Source: Auanema rhodensis (Eukaryota; Animalia; Nematoda). Taken from it: 64,000 nt of DNA. The first letter of the stretch is position 1, and every line of letters starts with the position of its first letter. Below, piece after piece: positions 39,101 through 54,100 of this stretch. The stretch lies in NCBI GenBank assembly GCA_964057225.1, contig OZ059895.1, positions 23,560,001 through 23,624,000 of the forward strand, read 5' to 3'. The notes under the pieces were generated by a model. That model did not search any database. It saw only the letters and a list, made by a program, of their open reading frames with translations, and was not told the origin of the DNA. A program made the translations under genes and the position numbers.

Positions 39101-42100
39101 TCCCCATGTCCATATTAGTCTAACAACAAATTTTTATTGATATTGGTGCATGGTAACCATGACTTTGAAATTTACGTGAACTTTAATTTATGCTAATTAA
39201 ATGTACACGTGATGTGCACTTGGTATGTAACTCGCTTCACGTGAAAGATAAAGAGATGCGGTTTTCAAAATTAGATTCCCCATGTCCATATTAGTCTAAC
39301 AACAAATTTTTATTGATATTGGTGCATGGTAACCATGACTTTGAAATTTACGTGAACTTTAATTTATGCTAATTAAATGTACACGTGATGTGCACTTGGT
39401 ATGCAACTCGCTTCACGTGAAAGATAAAGAGATGCGGTTTTCAAAATTAGATTCCCCATGTCCATATTAGTATAAAAACAAATTTTTATTGATATTGGTT
39501 CATGGTAACCATGACTTTGAAATTTACGTGAACTTTAATTTATGCTAATTAAATGTACACGTGATGTGCACTTGGTATGTAACTCGCTTCACGTGAAAGA
39601 TAAAGAGATGCGGTTTTCAAAATTAGATTCCCCATGTCCATATTAGTCTAACAACAAATTTTTATTGATATTGGTGCATGGTAACCATGACTTTGAAATT
39701 TACGTGAACTTTAATTTATGCTAATTAAATGTACACGTGATGTGCACTTGGTATGTAACTCGCTTCACGTGAAAGATAGAGAGATGCGATTTTCAAAATT
39801 AGATTCCCCATGTCCATATTAGTCTAAAAACCAATTTTTATTGATATTGGTGCATGGTAACCATGACTTTGAAATTTACGTGAACTTTAATTTATGCTAA
39901 TTAAATGTACACGTGATGTGCACTTGGTATGTAACTCGCTTCACGTGAAAGATAAAGAGATGCGATTCTCAAAATTAGATTCCCCATGTCCATATTAGTC
40001 TAAAAACCAATTTTTATTGATATTGGTGCATGGTAACCATGACTTTGAAATTTACGTGAACTTTAATTTATGCTAATTAAATGTACACGTGATGTGCACT
40101 TGGTATGTAACTCGCTTCACGTGAAAGATAAAGAGATGCGGTTTTCAAAATTAGATTCCCCATGTCCATATTAGTCTAACAACAAATTTTTATTGATATT
40201 GGTGCATGGTAACCATGACTTTGAAATTTACGTGAACTTTAATTTATGCTAATTAAATGTACACGTGATGTGCACTTGGTATGCAACTCGCTTCACGTGA
40301 AAGATAAAGAGATGCGGTTTTCAAAATTAGATTCCCCATGTCCATATTAGTATAAAAACAAATTTTTATTGATATTGGTTCATGGTAACCATGACTTTGA
40401 AATTTACGTGAACTTTAATTTATGCTAATTAAATGTACACGTGATGTGCACTTGGTATGTAACTCGCTTCACGTGAAAGATAAAGAGATGCGGTTTTCAA
40501 AATTAGATTCCCCATGTCCATATTAGTCTAACAACAAATTTTTATTGATATTGGTGCATGGTAACCATGACTTTGAAATTTACGTGAACTTTAATTTATG
40601 CTAATTAAATGTACACGTGATGTGCACTTGGTATGTAACTCGCTTCACGTGAAAGATAGAGAGATGCGATTTTCAAAATTAGATTCCCCATGTCCATATT
40701 AGTCTAAAAACCAATTTTTATTGATATTGGTGCATGGTAACCATGACTTTGAAATTTACGTGAACTTTAATTTATGCTAATTAAATGTACACGTGATGTG
40801 CACTTGGTATGTAACTCGCTTCACGTGAAAGATAAAGAGATGCGATTCTCAAAATTAGATTCCCCATGTCCATATTAGTCTAAAAACCAATTTTTATTGA
40901 TATTGGTGCATGGTAACCATGACTTTGAAATTTACGTGAACTTTAATTTATGCTAATTAAATGTACACGTGATGTGCACTTGGTATGTAACTCGCTTCAC
41001 GTGAAAGATAAAGAGATGCGGTTTTCAAAATTAGATTCCCCATGTCCATATTAGTCTAACAACAAATTTTTATTGATATTGGTGCATGGTAACCATGACT
41101 TTGAAATTTACGTGAACTTTAATTTATGCTAATTAAATGTACACGTGATGTGCACTTGGTATGTAACTTGCTTCACGTGAAAGATAAAGAGATGCGGTTT
41201 CCAAAATTAGATTCCCCATGTCCATATTAGTCTAAAAACAAATTTTTATTGATATTGGTTCATGGTAACCATGACTTTGAAATTTACGTGAACTTTAATT
41301 TATGCTAATTAAATGTACACGTGATGTGCACTTGGTTTGTAACTCGCTTCACGTGAAAGATAAAGAGATGCGGTTTTCAAAATTAGATTCCCCATGTCCA
41401 TATTAGTCTAAAAACAAATTTTTATTGATATTGGTTCATGGTAACCATGACTTTGAAATTCACGTGAACTTTAATTTATGCCAATTAAATGTAAATTTAT
41501 GCTAATTAAATGTACACGTGATGTGCACTTGGTATGTAACTCGCTTCACGTGAAAGATAAAGAGATGCGGTTTTCAAAATTAGATTCCCCATGTCCATAT
41601 TAGTCTAACAACAAATTTTTATTGATATTGGTGCATGGTAACCATGACTTTGAAATTTACGTGAACTTTGATTTATGCTAATTAAATGTACACGTGATGT
41701 GCACTTGGTATGTAACTTGCTTCACGTGAAAGATAAAGAGATGCGGTTTTCAAAATTAGATTCCCCATGTCCATATTAGTCTAAAAACAAATTTTTATTG
41801 ATATTGGTTCATGGTAACCATGACTTTGAAAATTACGTGAACTTTAATTTATGCTAATTAAATGTACACGTGATGTGCACTTGGTATGTAACTTGCTTTA
41901 CGTGAAAGATAAAGAGATGCGGTTTTCAAAATTAGATCCCCCATGTACATATTAGTCTAACAACAAATTTTTATTGATATTGGTGCATGGTAACCATGAC
42001 TTTGGAATTTACGTGAACTTTAATTTATGCTAATTAAATGTAAATTTATGCTAATTAAATGTACACGTGATGAGCACTTGGTATGTAACTCGCTTCACGT

Positions 42101-45100
42101 GAAAGATAAAGAGATGCGGTTTTCAAAATTAGATTCCCCATGTCCATATTAGTCTAACAACAAATTTTTATTGATATTGGTGCATGGTAACCATGACTTT
42201 GAAATTTACGTGAACTTTAATTTATGCTAATTAAATGTACACGCGATGTGCACTTAGTATGTAACTCGCTTCACGTGAAAGATAAAGAGATGCGGTTTTC
42301 AAAATTAGATTCCCCATGTCCATATTAGTCTAAAAACAAATTTTTATTGATATTGGTTCATGGTAACCATGACTTTGAAATTTACGTGAACTTTAATTTA
42401 TGCTAATTAAATGTACACGTGATGTGCACTTGGTTTGTAACTCGCTTCACGTGAAAGATAAAGAGATGCGGTTTTCAAAATTAGATTCCCCATGTCCATA
42501 TTAGTCTAAAAACAAATTTTTATTGATATTGGTTCATGGTAACCATGACTTTGAAATTTACGTGAACTTTAATTTATGCCAATTAAATGTAAATTTATGC
42601 TAATTAAATGTACACGTGATGTGCACTTGGTATGTAACTCGCTTCACGTGAAAGATAAAGAGATGCGGTTTTCAAAATTAGATGCCCCATGTCCATATTA
42701 GTCTAACAACAAATTTTTATTGATATTGGTGCATGGTAACCATGACTTTGAAATTTACGTGAACTTTAATTTATGCTAATTAAATGTACACGTGATGTGC
42801 ACTTGGTATGTAACTCGCTTCACGTGAAAGATAAAGAGATGCGGTTTTCAAAATTAGATTCCCCATGTCCATATTAGTCTAACAACAAATTTTTATTGAT
42901 ATTGGTGCATGGTAACCATGACTTTGAAATTTACGTGAACTTTAATTTATGCTAATTAAATGTACACGTGATGTGCACTTGGTATGCAACTCGCTTCACG
43001 TGAAAGATAAAGAGATGCGGTTTTCAAAATTAGATTCCCCATGTCCATATTAGTATAAAAACAAATTTTTATTGATATTGGTTCATGGTAACCATGACTT
43101 TGAAATTTACGTGAACTTTAATTTATGCTAATTAAATGTACACGTGATGTGCACTTGGTATGTAACTCGCTTCACGTGAAAGATAAAGAGATGCGGTTTT
43201 CAAAATTAGATTCCCCATGTCCATATTAGTCTAAAAACAAATTTTTATTGATATTGGTTCATGGTAACCATGACTTTGAAATTTACGTGAACTTTAATTT
43301 ATGCTAATTAAATGTACACGTGATGTGCACTTGGTATGTAACTCGCTTCACGTGAAAGATAAAGAGATGCGATTTTCAAAATTAGATTCCCCATGTCCAT
43401 ATTAGTCTAAAAACCAATTTTTATTGATATTGGTGCATGGTAACCATGACTTTGAAATTTACGTGAACTTTAATTTATGCTAATTAAATGTACACGTGAT
43501 GTGCACTTGGTATGTAACTCGCTTCACGTGAAAGATAAAGAGATGCGATTCTCAAAATTAGATTCCCCATGTCCATATTAGTCTGAAAACCAATTTTTAT
43601 TGATATTGGTGCATGGTAACCATGACTTTGAAATTTACGTGAACTTTAATTTATGCTAATTAAATGTACACGTGATGTGCACTTGGTATGTAACTCGCTT
43701 CACGTGAAAGATAAAGAGATGCGGTTTTCAAAATTAGATTCCCCATGTCCATATTAGTCTAACAACAAATTTTTATTGATATTGGTGCATGGTAACCATG
43801 ACTTTGAAATTTACGTGAACTTTAATTTATGCTAATTAAATGTACACGTGATGTGCACTTGGTATGTAACTTGCTTCACGTGAAAGATAAAGAGATGCGG
43901 TTTCCAAAATTAGATTCCCCATGTCCATATTAGTCTAAAAACAAATTTTTATTGATATTGGTTCATGGTAACCATGACTTTGAAATTTACGTGAACTTTA
44001 ATTTATGCTAATTAAATGTACACGTGATGTGCACTTGGTTTGTAACTCGCTTCACGTGAAAGATAAAGAGATGCGGTTTTCAAAATTAGATTCCCCATGT
44101 CCATATTAGTCTAAAAACAAATTTTTATTGATATTGGTTCATGGTAACCATGACTTTGAAATTCACGTGAACTTTAATTTATGCCAATTAAATGTACACG
44201 TGATGTGCACTTGGTATGTAACTCGCTTCACGTGAAAGATAAAGAGATGCGGTTTTCAAAATTAGATTCCCCATGTCCATATTAGTCTAACAACAAATTT
44301 TTATTGATATTGGTGCATGGTAACCATGACTTTGAAATTTACGTGAACTTTAATTTATGCTAATTAAATGTACACGTGATGTGCACTTGGTATGTAACTT
44401 GCTTCACGTGAAAGATAAAGAGATGCGGTTTTCAAAATTAGATTCCCCATGTCCATATTAGTCTAAAAACAAATTTTTATTGATATTGGTTCATGGTAAC
44501 CATGACTTTGAAAATTACGTGAACTTTAATTTATGCTAATTAAATGTACACGTGATGTGCACTTGGTATGTAACTTGCTTCACGTGAAAGATAAAGAGAT
44601 GCGGTTTTCAAAATTAGATTCCCCATGTACATATTAGTCTAACAACAAATTTTTATTGATATTGGTGCATGGTAACCATGACTTTGGAATTTACGTGAAC
44701 TTTAATTTATGCTAATTAAATGTAAATTTATGCTAATTAAATGTACACGTGATGAGCACTTGGTATGTAACTCGCTTCACGTGAAAGATAAAGAGATGCG
44801 GTTTTCAAAATTAGATTCCCCATGTCCATATTAGTCTAACAACAAATTTTTATTGATATTGGTGCATGGTAACCATGACTTTGAAATTTACGTGAACTTT
44901 AATTTATGCTAATTAAATGTACACGCGATGTGCACTTGGTATGTAACTCGCTTCACGTGAAAGATAAAGAGATGCGGTTTTCAAAATTAGATTCCCCATG
45001 TCCATATTAGTCTAAAAACAAATTTTTATTGATATTGGTTCATGGTAACCATGACTTTGAAATTTACGTGAACTTTAATTTATGCTAATTAAATGTACAC

Positions 45101-48100
45101 GTGATGTGCACTTGGTTTGTAACTCGCTTCACGTGAAAGATAAAGAGATGCGGTTTTCAAAATTAGATTCCCCATGTCCATATTAGTCTAAAAACAAATT
45201 TTTATTGATATTGGTTCATGGTAACCATGACTTTGAAATTTACGTGAACTTTAATTTATGCCAATTAAATGTAAATTTATGCTAATTAAATGTACACGTG
45301 ATGTGCACTTGGTATGTAACTCGCTTCACGTGAAAGATAAAGAGATGCGGTTTTCAAAATTAGATGCCCCATGTCCATATTAGTCTAACAACAAATTTTT
45401 ATTGATATTGGTGCATGGTAACCATGACTTTGAAATTTACGTGAACTTTAATTTATGCTAATTAAATGTACACGTGATGTGCACTTGGTATGTAACTCGC
45501 TTCACGTGAAAGATAAAGAGATGCGGTTTTCAAAATTAGATTCCCCATGTCCATATTAGTCTAACAACAAATTTTTATTGATATTGGTGCATGGTAACCA
45601 TGACTTTGAAATTTACGTGAACTTTAATTTATGCTAATTAAATGTACACGTGATGTGCACTTGGTATGCAACTCGCTTCACGTGAAAGATAAAGAGATGC
45701 GGTTTTCAAAATTAGATTCCCCATGTCCATATTAGTATAAAAACAAATTTTTATTGATATTGGTTCATGGTAACCATGACTTTGAAATTTACGTGAACTT
45801 TAATTTATGCTAATTAAATGTACACGTGATGTGCACTTGGTATGTAACTCGCTTCACGTGAAAGATAAAGAGATGCGGTTTTCAAAATTAGATTCCCCAT
45901 GTCCATATTAGTCTAAAAACAAATTTTTATTGATATTGGTTCATGGTAACCATGACTTTGAAATTTACGTGAACTTTAATTTATGCTAATTAAATGTACA
46001 CGTGATGTGCACTTGGTATGTAACTCGCTTCACGTGAAAGATAAAGAGATGCGATTTTCAAAATTAGATTCCCCATGTCCATATTAGTCTAAAAACCAAT
46101 TTTTATTGATATTGGTGCATGGTAACCATGACTTTGAAATTTACGTGAACTTTAATTTATGCTAATTAAATGTACACGTGATGTGCACTTGGTATGTAAC
46201 TCGCTTCACGTGAAAGATAAAGAGATGCGATTCTCAAAATTAGATTCCCCATGTCCATATTAGTCTAAAAACCAATTTTTATTGATATTGGTGCATGGTA
46301 ACCTTGACTTTGAAATTTACGTGAACTTTAATTTATGCTAATTAAATGTACACGTGATGTGCACTTGGTATGTAACTCGCTTCACGTGAAAGATAAAGAG
46401 ATGCGGTTTTCAAAATTAGATTCCCCATGTCCATATTAGTCTAACAACAAATTTTTATTGATATTGGTGCATGGTAACCATGACTTTGAAATTTACGTGA
46501 ACTTTAATTTATGCTAATTAAATGTACACGTGATGTGCACTTGGTATGTAACTTGCTTCACGTGAAAGATAAAGAGATGCGGTTTTCAAAATTAGATTCC
46601 CCATGTACATATTAGTCTAACAACAAATTTTTATTGATATTGGTGCATGGTAACCATGACTTTGGAATTTACGTGAACTTTAATTTATGCTAATTAAATG
46701 TAAATTTATGCTAATTAAATGTACACGTGATGAGCACTTGGTATGTAACTCGCTTCACGTGAAAGATAAAGAGATGCGGTTTTCAAAATTAGATTCCCCA
46801 TGTCCATATTAGTCTAACAACAAATTTTTATTGATATTGGTGCATGGTAACCATGACTTTGAAATTTACGTGAACTTTAATTTATGCTAATTAAATGTAC
46901 ACGCGATGTGCACTTGGTATGTAACTCGCTTCACGTGAAAGATAAAGAGATGCGGTTTTCAAAATTAGATTCCCCATGTCCATATTAGTCTAAAAACAAA
47001 TTTTTATTGATATTGGTTCATGGTAACCATGACTTTGAAATTTACGTGAACTTTAATTTATGCTAATTAAATGTACACGTGATGTGCACTTGGTTTGTAA
47101 CTCGCTTCACGTGAAAGATAAAGAGATGCGGTTTTCAAAATTAGATTCCCCATGTCCATATTAGTCTAAAAACAAATTTTTATTGATATTGGTTCATGGT
47201 AACCATGACTTTGAAATTTACGTGAACTTTAATTTATGCCAATTAAATGTAAATTTATGCTAATTAAATGTACACGTGATGTGCACTTGGTATGTAACTC
47301 GCTTCACGTGAAAGATAAAGAGATGCGGTTTTCAAAATTAGATGCCCCATGTCCATATTAGTCTAACAACAAATTTTTATTGATATTGGTGCATGGTAAC
47401 CATGACTTTGAAATTTACGTGAACTTTAATTTATGCTAATTAAATGTACACGTGATGTGCACTTGGTATGTAACTCGCTTCACGTGAAAGATAAAGAGAT
47501 GCGGTTTTCAAAATTAGATTCCCCATGTCCATATTAGTCTAACAACAAATTTTTATTGATATTGGTGCATGGTAACCATGACTTTGAAATTTACGTGAAC
47601 TTTAATTTATGCTAATTAAATGTACACGTGATGTGCACTTGGTATGCAACTCGCTTCACGTGAAAGATAAAGAGATGCGGTTTTCAAAATTAGATTCCCC
47701 ATGTCCATATTAGTATAAAAACAAATTTTTATTGATATTGGTTCATGGTAACCATGACTTTGAAATTTACGTGAACTTTAATTTATGCTAATTAAATGTA
47801 CACGTGATGTGCACTTGGTATGTAACTCGCTTCACGTGAAAGATAAAGAGATGCGGTTTTCAAAATTAGATTCCCCATGTCCATATTAGTCTAAAAACAA
47901 ATTTTTATTGATATTGGTTCATGGTAACCATGACTTTGAAATTTACGTGAACTTTAATTTATGCTAATTAAATGTACACGTGATGTGCACTTGGTATGTA
48001 ACTCGCTTCACGTGAAAGATAAAGAGATGCGATTTTCAAAATTAGATTCCCCATGTCCATATTAGTCTAAAAACCAATTTTTATTGATATTGGTGCATGG

Positions 48101-51100
48101 TAACCATGACTTTGAAATTTACGTGAACTTTAATTTATGCTAATTAAATGTACACGTGATGTGCACTTGGTATGTAACTCGCTTCACGTGAAAGATAAAG
48201 AGATGCGATTCTCAAAATTAGATTCCCCATGTCCATATTAGTCTAAAAACCAATTTTTATTGATATTGGTGCATGGTAACCATGACTTTGAAATTTACGT
48301 GAACTTTAATTTATGCTAATTAAATGTACACGTGATGTGCACTTGGTATGTAACTCGCTTCACGTGAAAGATAAAGAGATGCGGTTTTCAAAATTAGATT
48401 CCCCATGTCCATATTAGTCTAACAACAAATTTTTATTGATATTGGTGCATGGTAACCATGACTTTGAAATTTACGTGAACTTTAATTTATGCTAATTAAA
48501 TGTACACGTGATGTGCACTTGGTATGTAACTTGCTTCACGTGAAAGATAAAGAGATGCGGTTTCCAAAATTAGATTCCCCATGTCCATATTAGTCTAAAA
48601 ACAAATTTTTATTGATATTGGTGCATGGTAACCATGACTTTGAAATTTACGTGAACTTTAATTTATGCTAATTAAATGTACACGTGATGTGCACTTGGTT
48701 TGTAACTCGCTTCACGTGAAAGATAAAGAGATGCGGTTTTCAAAATTAGATTCCCCATGTCCATATTAGTCTAAAAACAAATTTTTATTGATATTGGTTC
48801 ATGGTAACCATGACTTTGAAAATTACGTGAACTTTAATTTATGCTAATTAAATGTACACGTGATGTGCACTTGGTATGTAACTTGCTTCACGTGAAAGAT
48901 AAAGAGATGCGGTTTTCAAAATTAGATTCCCCATGTACATATTAGTCTAACAACAAATTTTTATTGATATTGGTGCATGGTAACCATGACTTTGGAATTT
49001 ACGTGAACTTTAATTTATGCTAATTAAATGTAAATTTATGCTAATTAAATGTACACGTGATGAGCACTTGGTATGTAACTCGCTTCACGTGAAAGATAAA
49101 GAGATGCGGTTTTCAAAATTAGATTCCCCATGTCCATATTAGTCTAACAACAAATTTTTATTGATATTGGTGCATGGTAACCATGACTTTGAAATTTACG
49201 TGAACTTTAATTTATGCTAATTAAATGTACACGCGATGTGCACTTGGTATGTAACTCGCTTCACGTGAAAGATAAAGAGATGCGGTTTTCAAAATTAGAT
49301 TCCCCATGTCCATATTAGTCTAAAAACAAATTTTTATTGATATTGGTTCATGGTAACCATGACTTTGAAATTTACGTGAACTTTAATTTATGCTAATTAA
49401 ATGTACACGTGATGTGCACTTGGTTTGTAACTCGCTTCACGTGAAAGATAAAGAGATGCGGTTTTCAAAATTAGATTCCCCATGTCCATATTAGTCTAAA
49501 AACAAATTTTTATTGATATTGGTTCATGGTAACCATGACTTTGAAATTTACGTGAACTTTAATTTATGCCAATTAAATGTAAATTTATGCTAATTAAATG
49601 TACACGTGATGTGCACTTGGTATGTAACTCGCTTCACGTGAAAGATAAAGAGATGCGGTTTTCAAAATTAGATGCCCCATGTCCATATTAGTCTAACAAC
49701 AAATTTTTATTGATATTGGTGCATGGTAACCATGACTTTGAAATTTACGTGAACTTTAATTTATGCTAATTAAATGTACACGTGATGTGCACTTGGTATG
49801 TAACTCGCTTCACGTGAAAGATAAAGAGATGCGGTTTTCAAAATTAGATTCCCCATGTCCATATTAGTCTAACAACAAATTTTTATTGATATTGGTGCAT
49901 GGTAACCATGACTTTGAAATTTACGTGAACTTTAATTTATGCTAATTAAATGTACACGTGATGTGCACTTGGTATGCAACTCGCTTCACGTGAAAGATAA
50001 AGAGATGCGGTTTTCAAAATTAGATTCCCCATGTCCATATTAGTATAAAAACAAATTTTTATTGATATTGGTTCATGGTAACCATGACTTTGAAATTTAC
50101 GTGAACTTTAATTTATGCTAATTAAATGTACACGTGATGTGCACTTGGTATGTAACTCGCTTCACGTGAAAGATAAAGAGATGCGGTTTTCAAAATTAGA
50201 TTCCCCATGTCCATATTAGTCTAAAAACAAATTTTTATTGATATTGGTTCATGGTAACCATGACTTTGAAATTTACGTGAACTTTAATTTATGCTAATTA
50301 AATGTACACGTGATGTGCACTTGGTATGTAACTCGCTTCACGTGAAAGATAAAGAGATGCGATTTTCAAAATTAGATTCCCCATGTCCATATTAGTCTAA
50401 AAACCAATTTTTATTGATATTGGTGCATGGTAACCATGACTTTGAAATTTACGTGAACTTTAATTTATGCTAATTAAATGTACACGTGATGTGCACTTGG
50501 TATGTAACTCGCTTCACGTGAAAGATAAAGAGATGCGATTCTCAAAATTAGATTCCCCATGTCCATATTAGTCTAAAAACCAATTTTTATTGATATTGGT
50601 GCATGGTAACCATGACTTTGAAATTTACGTGAACTTTAATTTATGCTAATTAAATGTACACGTGATGTGCACTTGGTATGTAACTCGCTTCACGTGAAAG
50701 ATAAAGAGATGCGGTTTTCAAAATTAGATTCCCCATGTCCATATTAGTCTAACAACAAATTTTTATTGATATTGGTGCATGGTAACCATGACTTTGAAAT
50801 TTACGTGAACTTTAATTTATGCTAATTAAATGTACACGTGATGTGCACTTGGTATGTAACTTGCTTCACGTGAAAGATAAAGAGATGCGGTTTCCAAAAT
50901 TAGATTCCCCATGTCCATATTAGTCTAAAAACAAATTTTTATTGATATTGGTTCATGGTAACCATGACTTTGAAATTTACGTGAACTTTAATTTATGCTA
51001 ATTAAATGTACACGTGATGTGCACTTGGTATGTAACTCGCTTCACGTGAAAGATAAAGAGATGCGGTTTTCAAAATTAGATTCCCCATGTCCATATTAGT

Positions 51101-54100
51101 CTAAAAACAAATTTTTATTGATATTGGTTCATGGTAACCATGACTTTGAAATTTACGTGAACTTTAATTTATGCTAATTAAATGTACACGTGATGTGCAC
51201 TTGGTATGTAACTCGCTTCACGTGAAAGATAAAGAGATGCGGTTTTCAAAATTAGATTCCCCATGTCCATATTAGTCTAAAAACAAATTTTTATTGATAT
51301 TGGTTCATGGTAACCATGACTTTGAAATTTACGTGAACTTTAATTTATGCCAATTAAATGTAAATTTATGCTAATTAAATGTACACGTGATGTGCACTTG
51401 GTATGTAACTCGCTTCACGTGAAAGATAAAGAGATGCGGTTTTCAAAATTAGATTCCCCATGTCCATATTAGTCTAACAACAAATTTTTATTGATATTGG
51501 TGCATGGTAACCATGACTTTGAAATTTACGTGAACTTTAATTTATGCTAATTAAATGTACACGTGATGTGCACTTGGTATGTAACTCGCTTCACGTGAAA
51601 GATAGAGAGATGCGGTTTTCAAAATTAGATTCCCCATGTCCATATTAGTCTAACAACAAATTTTTATTGATATTGGTGCATGGTAACCATGACTTTAAAA
51701 TTTACGTGAACTTTAATTTATGCTAATTAAATGTACACGTGATGTGCACTTGGTATGCAACTCGCTTCACGTGAAAGATAAAGAGATGCGGTTTTCAAAA
51801 TTAGATTCCCCATGTCCATATTAGTATAAAAACAAATTTTTATTGATATTGGTTCATGGTAACCATGACTTTGAAATTTACGTGAACTTTAATTTATGCT
51901 AATTAAATGTACACGTGATGTGCACTTGGTATGTAACTCGCTTCACGTGAAAGATAAAGAGATGCGGTTTTCAAAATTAGATTCCCCATGTCCATATTAG
52001 TCTAAAAACAAATTTTTATTGATATTGGTTCATGGTAACCATGACTTTGAAATTCACGTGAACTTTAATTTATGCCAATTAAATGTAAATTTATGCTAAT
52101 TAAATGTACACGTGATGTGCACTTGGTATGTAACTCGCTTCACGTGAAAGATAAAGAGATGCGGTTTTCAAAATTAGATTCCCCATGTCCATATTAGTCT
52201 AACAACAAATTTTTATTGATATTGGTGCATGGTAACCATGACTTTGAAATTTACGTGAACTTTAATTTATGCTAATTAAATGTACACGTGATGTGCACTT
52301 GGTATGTAACTTGCTTCACGTGAAAGATAAAGAGATGCGGTTTTCAAAATTAGATTCCCCATGTCCATATTAGTCTAAAAACAAATTTTTATTGATATTG
52401 GTTCATGGTAACCATGACTTTGAAAATTACGTGAACTTTAATTTATGCTAATTAAATGTACACGTGATGTGCACTTGGTATGTAACTTGCTTCACGTGAA
52501 AGATAAAGAGATGCGGTTTTCAAAATTAGATTCCCCATGTACATATTAGTCTAACAACAAATTTTTATTGATATTGGTGCATGGTAACCATGACTTTGGA
52601 ATTTACGTGAACTTTAATTTATGCTAATTAAATGTAAATTTATGCTAATTAAATGTACACGTGATGAGCACTTGGTATGTAACTCGCTTCACGTGAAAGA
52701 TAAAGAGATGCGGTTTTCAAAATTAGATTCCCCATGTCCATATTAGTCTAAAAACAAATTTTTATTGATATTGGTTCATGGTAACCATGACTTTGAAATT
52801 TACGTGAACTTTAATTTATGCTAATTAAATGTACACGTGATGTGCACTTGGTTTGTAACTCGCTTCACGTGAAAGATAAAGAGATGCGGTTTTCAAAATT
52901 AGATTCCCCATGTCCATATTAGTCTAAAAACAAATTTTTATTGATATTGGTTCATGGTAACCATGACTTTGAAATTTACGTGAACTTTAATTTATGCCAA
53001 TTAAATGTAAATTTATGCTAATTAAATGTACACGTGATGTGCACTTGGTATGTAACTCGCTTCACGTGAAAGATAAAGAGATGCGGTTTTCAAAATTAGA
53101 TGCCCCATGTCCATATTAGTCTAACAACAAATTTTTATTGATATTGGTGCATGGTAACCATGACTTTGAAATTTACGTGAACTTTAATTTATGCTAATTA
53201 AATGTACACGTGATGTGCACTTGGTATGTAACTCGCTTCACGTGAAAGATAAAGAGATGCGGTTTTCAAAATTAGATTCCCCATGTCCATATTAGTCTAA
53301 CAACAAATTTTTATTGATATTGGTGCATGGTAACCATGACTTTGAAATTTACGTGAACTTTAATTTATGCTAATTAAATGTACACGTGATGTGCACTTGG
53401 TATGCAACTCGCTTCACGTGAAAGATAAAGAGATGCGGTTTTCAAAATTAGATTCCCCATGTCCATATTAGTATAAAAACAAATTTTTATTGATATTGGT
53501 TCATGGTAACCATGACTTTGAAATTTACGTGAACTTTAATTTATGCTAATTAAATGTACACGTGATGTGCACTTGGTATGTAACTCGCTTCACGTGAAAG
53601 ATAAAGAGATGCGGTTTTCAAAATTAGATTCCCCATGTCCATATTAGTCTAAAAACAAATTTTTATTGATATTGGTTCATGGTAACCATGACTTTGAAAT
53701 TTACGTGAACTTTAATTTATGCTAATTAAATGTACACGTGATGTGCACTTGGTATGTAACTCGCTTCACGTGAAAGATAAAGAGATGCGATTTTCAAAAT
53801 TAGATTCCCCATGTCCATATTAGTCTAAAAACCAATTTTTATTGATATTGGTGCATGGTAACCATGACTTTGAAATTTACGTGAACTTTAATTTATGCTA
53901 ATTAAATGTACACGTGATGTGCACTTGGTATGTAACTCGCTTCACGTGAAAGATAAAAAGATGCGATTCTCAAAATTAGATTCCCCATGTCCATATTAGT
54001 CTAAAAACCAATTTTTATTGATATTGGTGCATGGTAACCATGACTTTGAAATTTACGTGAACTTTAATTTATGCTAATTAAATGTACACGTGATGTGCAC

